From assembly GCA_965113315.1 (NCBI GenBank), contig OZ220372.1: a stretch of DNA of 64,000 bases. One strand, written 5' to 3'. This stretch comes from Podarcis vaucheri (lineage: Eukaryota). The notes under the pieces were generated by a model, which saw nothing but the letters and a program-made list of their open reading frames with translations, ran no database searches and had not been told where the DNA came from. How positions within the stretch are numbered: position 1 is the stretch's first letter; each line of letters opens with the position of its first letter. Of this stretch, positions 63,301 to 64,000 are shown piece after piece. Made by a program: the position numbers and the translations under genes.

Positions 63301-64000
63301 TCATCAAGGTTCAACAAACAGCAGAGAAAAAATACTTAATTTTCTGTTTCATTCTGTTCCAGAAATACACAGAATTGGGGGGCAAATTGATTCATCTTAC
63401 ATTTAAATGTGATCCTACCTAATTTACACTTTTTTAAATAATACTTGAATAGAAATGCTTATAGACTTTACTTGGCTGGAGAATGGCATTGCAAAATTTG
63501 GAGGAGTGCAAATTTAGAAGGATATCGAAATGTATATACTAGGGTAAAATATCCATAACAATACATGTATTAGTGAAACTTACAAAAATGTATTATATTA
63601 TGAGAAATTTGCATCAGAGTGCCGATGAATTTCCACAAGAACCTGTTTTTTAACTGAAAAAAATGAGAAACAGAGAAACTGGAATTGACAGATTCAGCCA
63701 TCCTTAGTAACACATCAGAGCCAAAACAGCCTCCCAAAATGAAGTGTGCCCTTAACTCTCATGTGCACTGATTAAAAATTGCCCTCACCGATTGGTCCTC
63801 ACTGATTAATCTCCTAAAATTTTATTAATGCCCCAGTTAACTGATTGAAGCTTTCAGCTTTCAACTCATTATTTTAGAGTCTTCAGAGTTTAGTAGCAAA
63901 ATCCATCTGCTGTCCTGTTCTTTTCAGAAGTGCAGAACCACACAGTTGCTCTGTTCATGGACAGGCCCTTCTTTTCTTGTCTGCATTAAACCATGCACTT

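Overview
This 64-kb window is AT-rich vertebrate non-coding DNA, intronic or intergenic. I found no host exon I can support, and nearly all short ORFs in the track are noise. The repeat content (Sauria SINEs, young CpG-rich L2 LINEs, CR1/L1 fragments, Tigger/hAT/Harbinger MITEs) points to a squamate, probably a lacertid lizard (inference). The centrepiece is a very young, apparently intact Penelope-like retroelement (Penelope/Poseidon type) at 19318-24963, inserted in a (TA)n microsatellite. It has a 906-aa RT + GIY-YIG ORF, a direct-repeat pseudo-LTR (pLTR), a 1.6-kb inverted copy joined by a fold-back junction, and a further short inverted copy. Each of the four pLTR copies carries a minimal hammerhead ribozyme motif. 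The ORF start codon lies inside the ribozyme core, and the copy in front of the ORF alone has a synonymous G>A change at catalytic G12. A second Penelope-like family (probably Neptune-type) is present as short inverted-pLTR insertions with their own hammerhead motifs (53962-54165, 57540-57954). All comparisons were made by eye; no database search was run.
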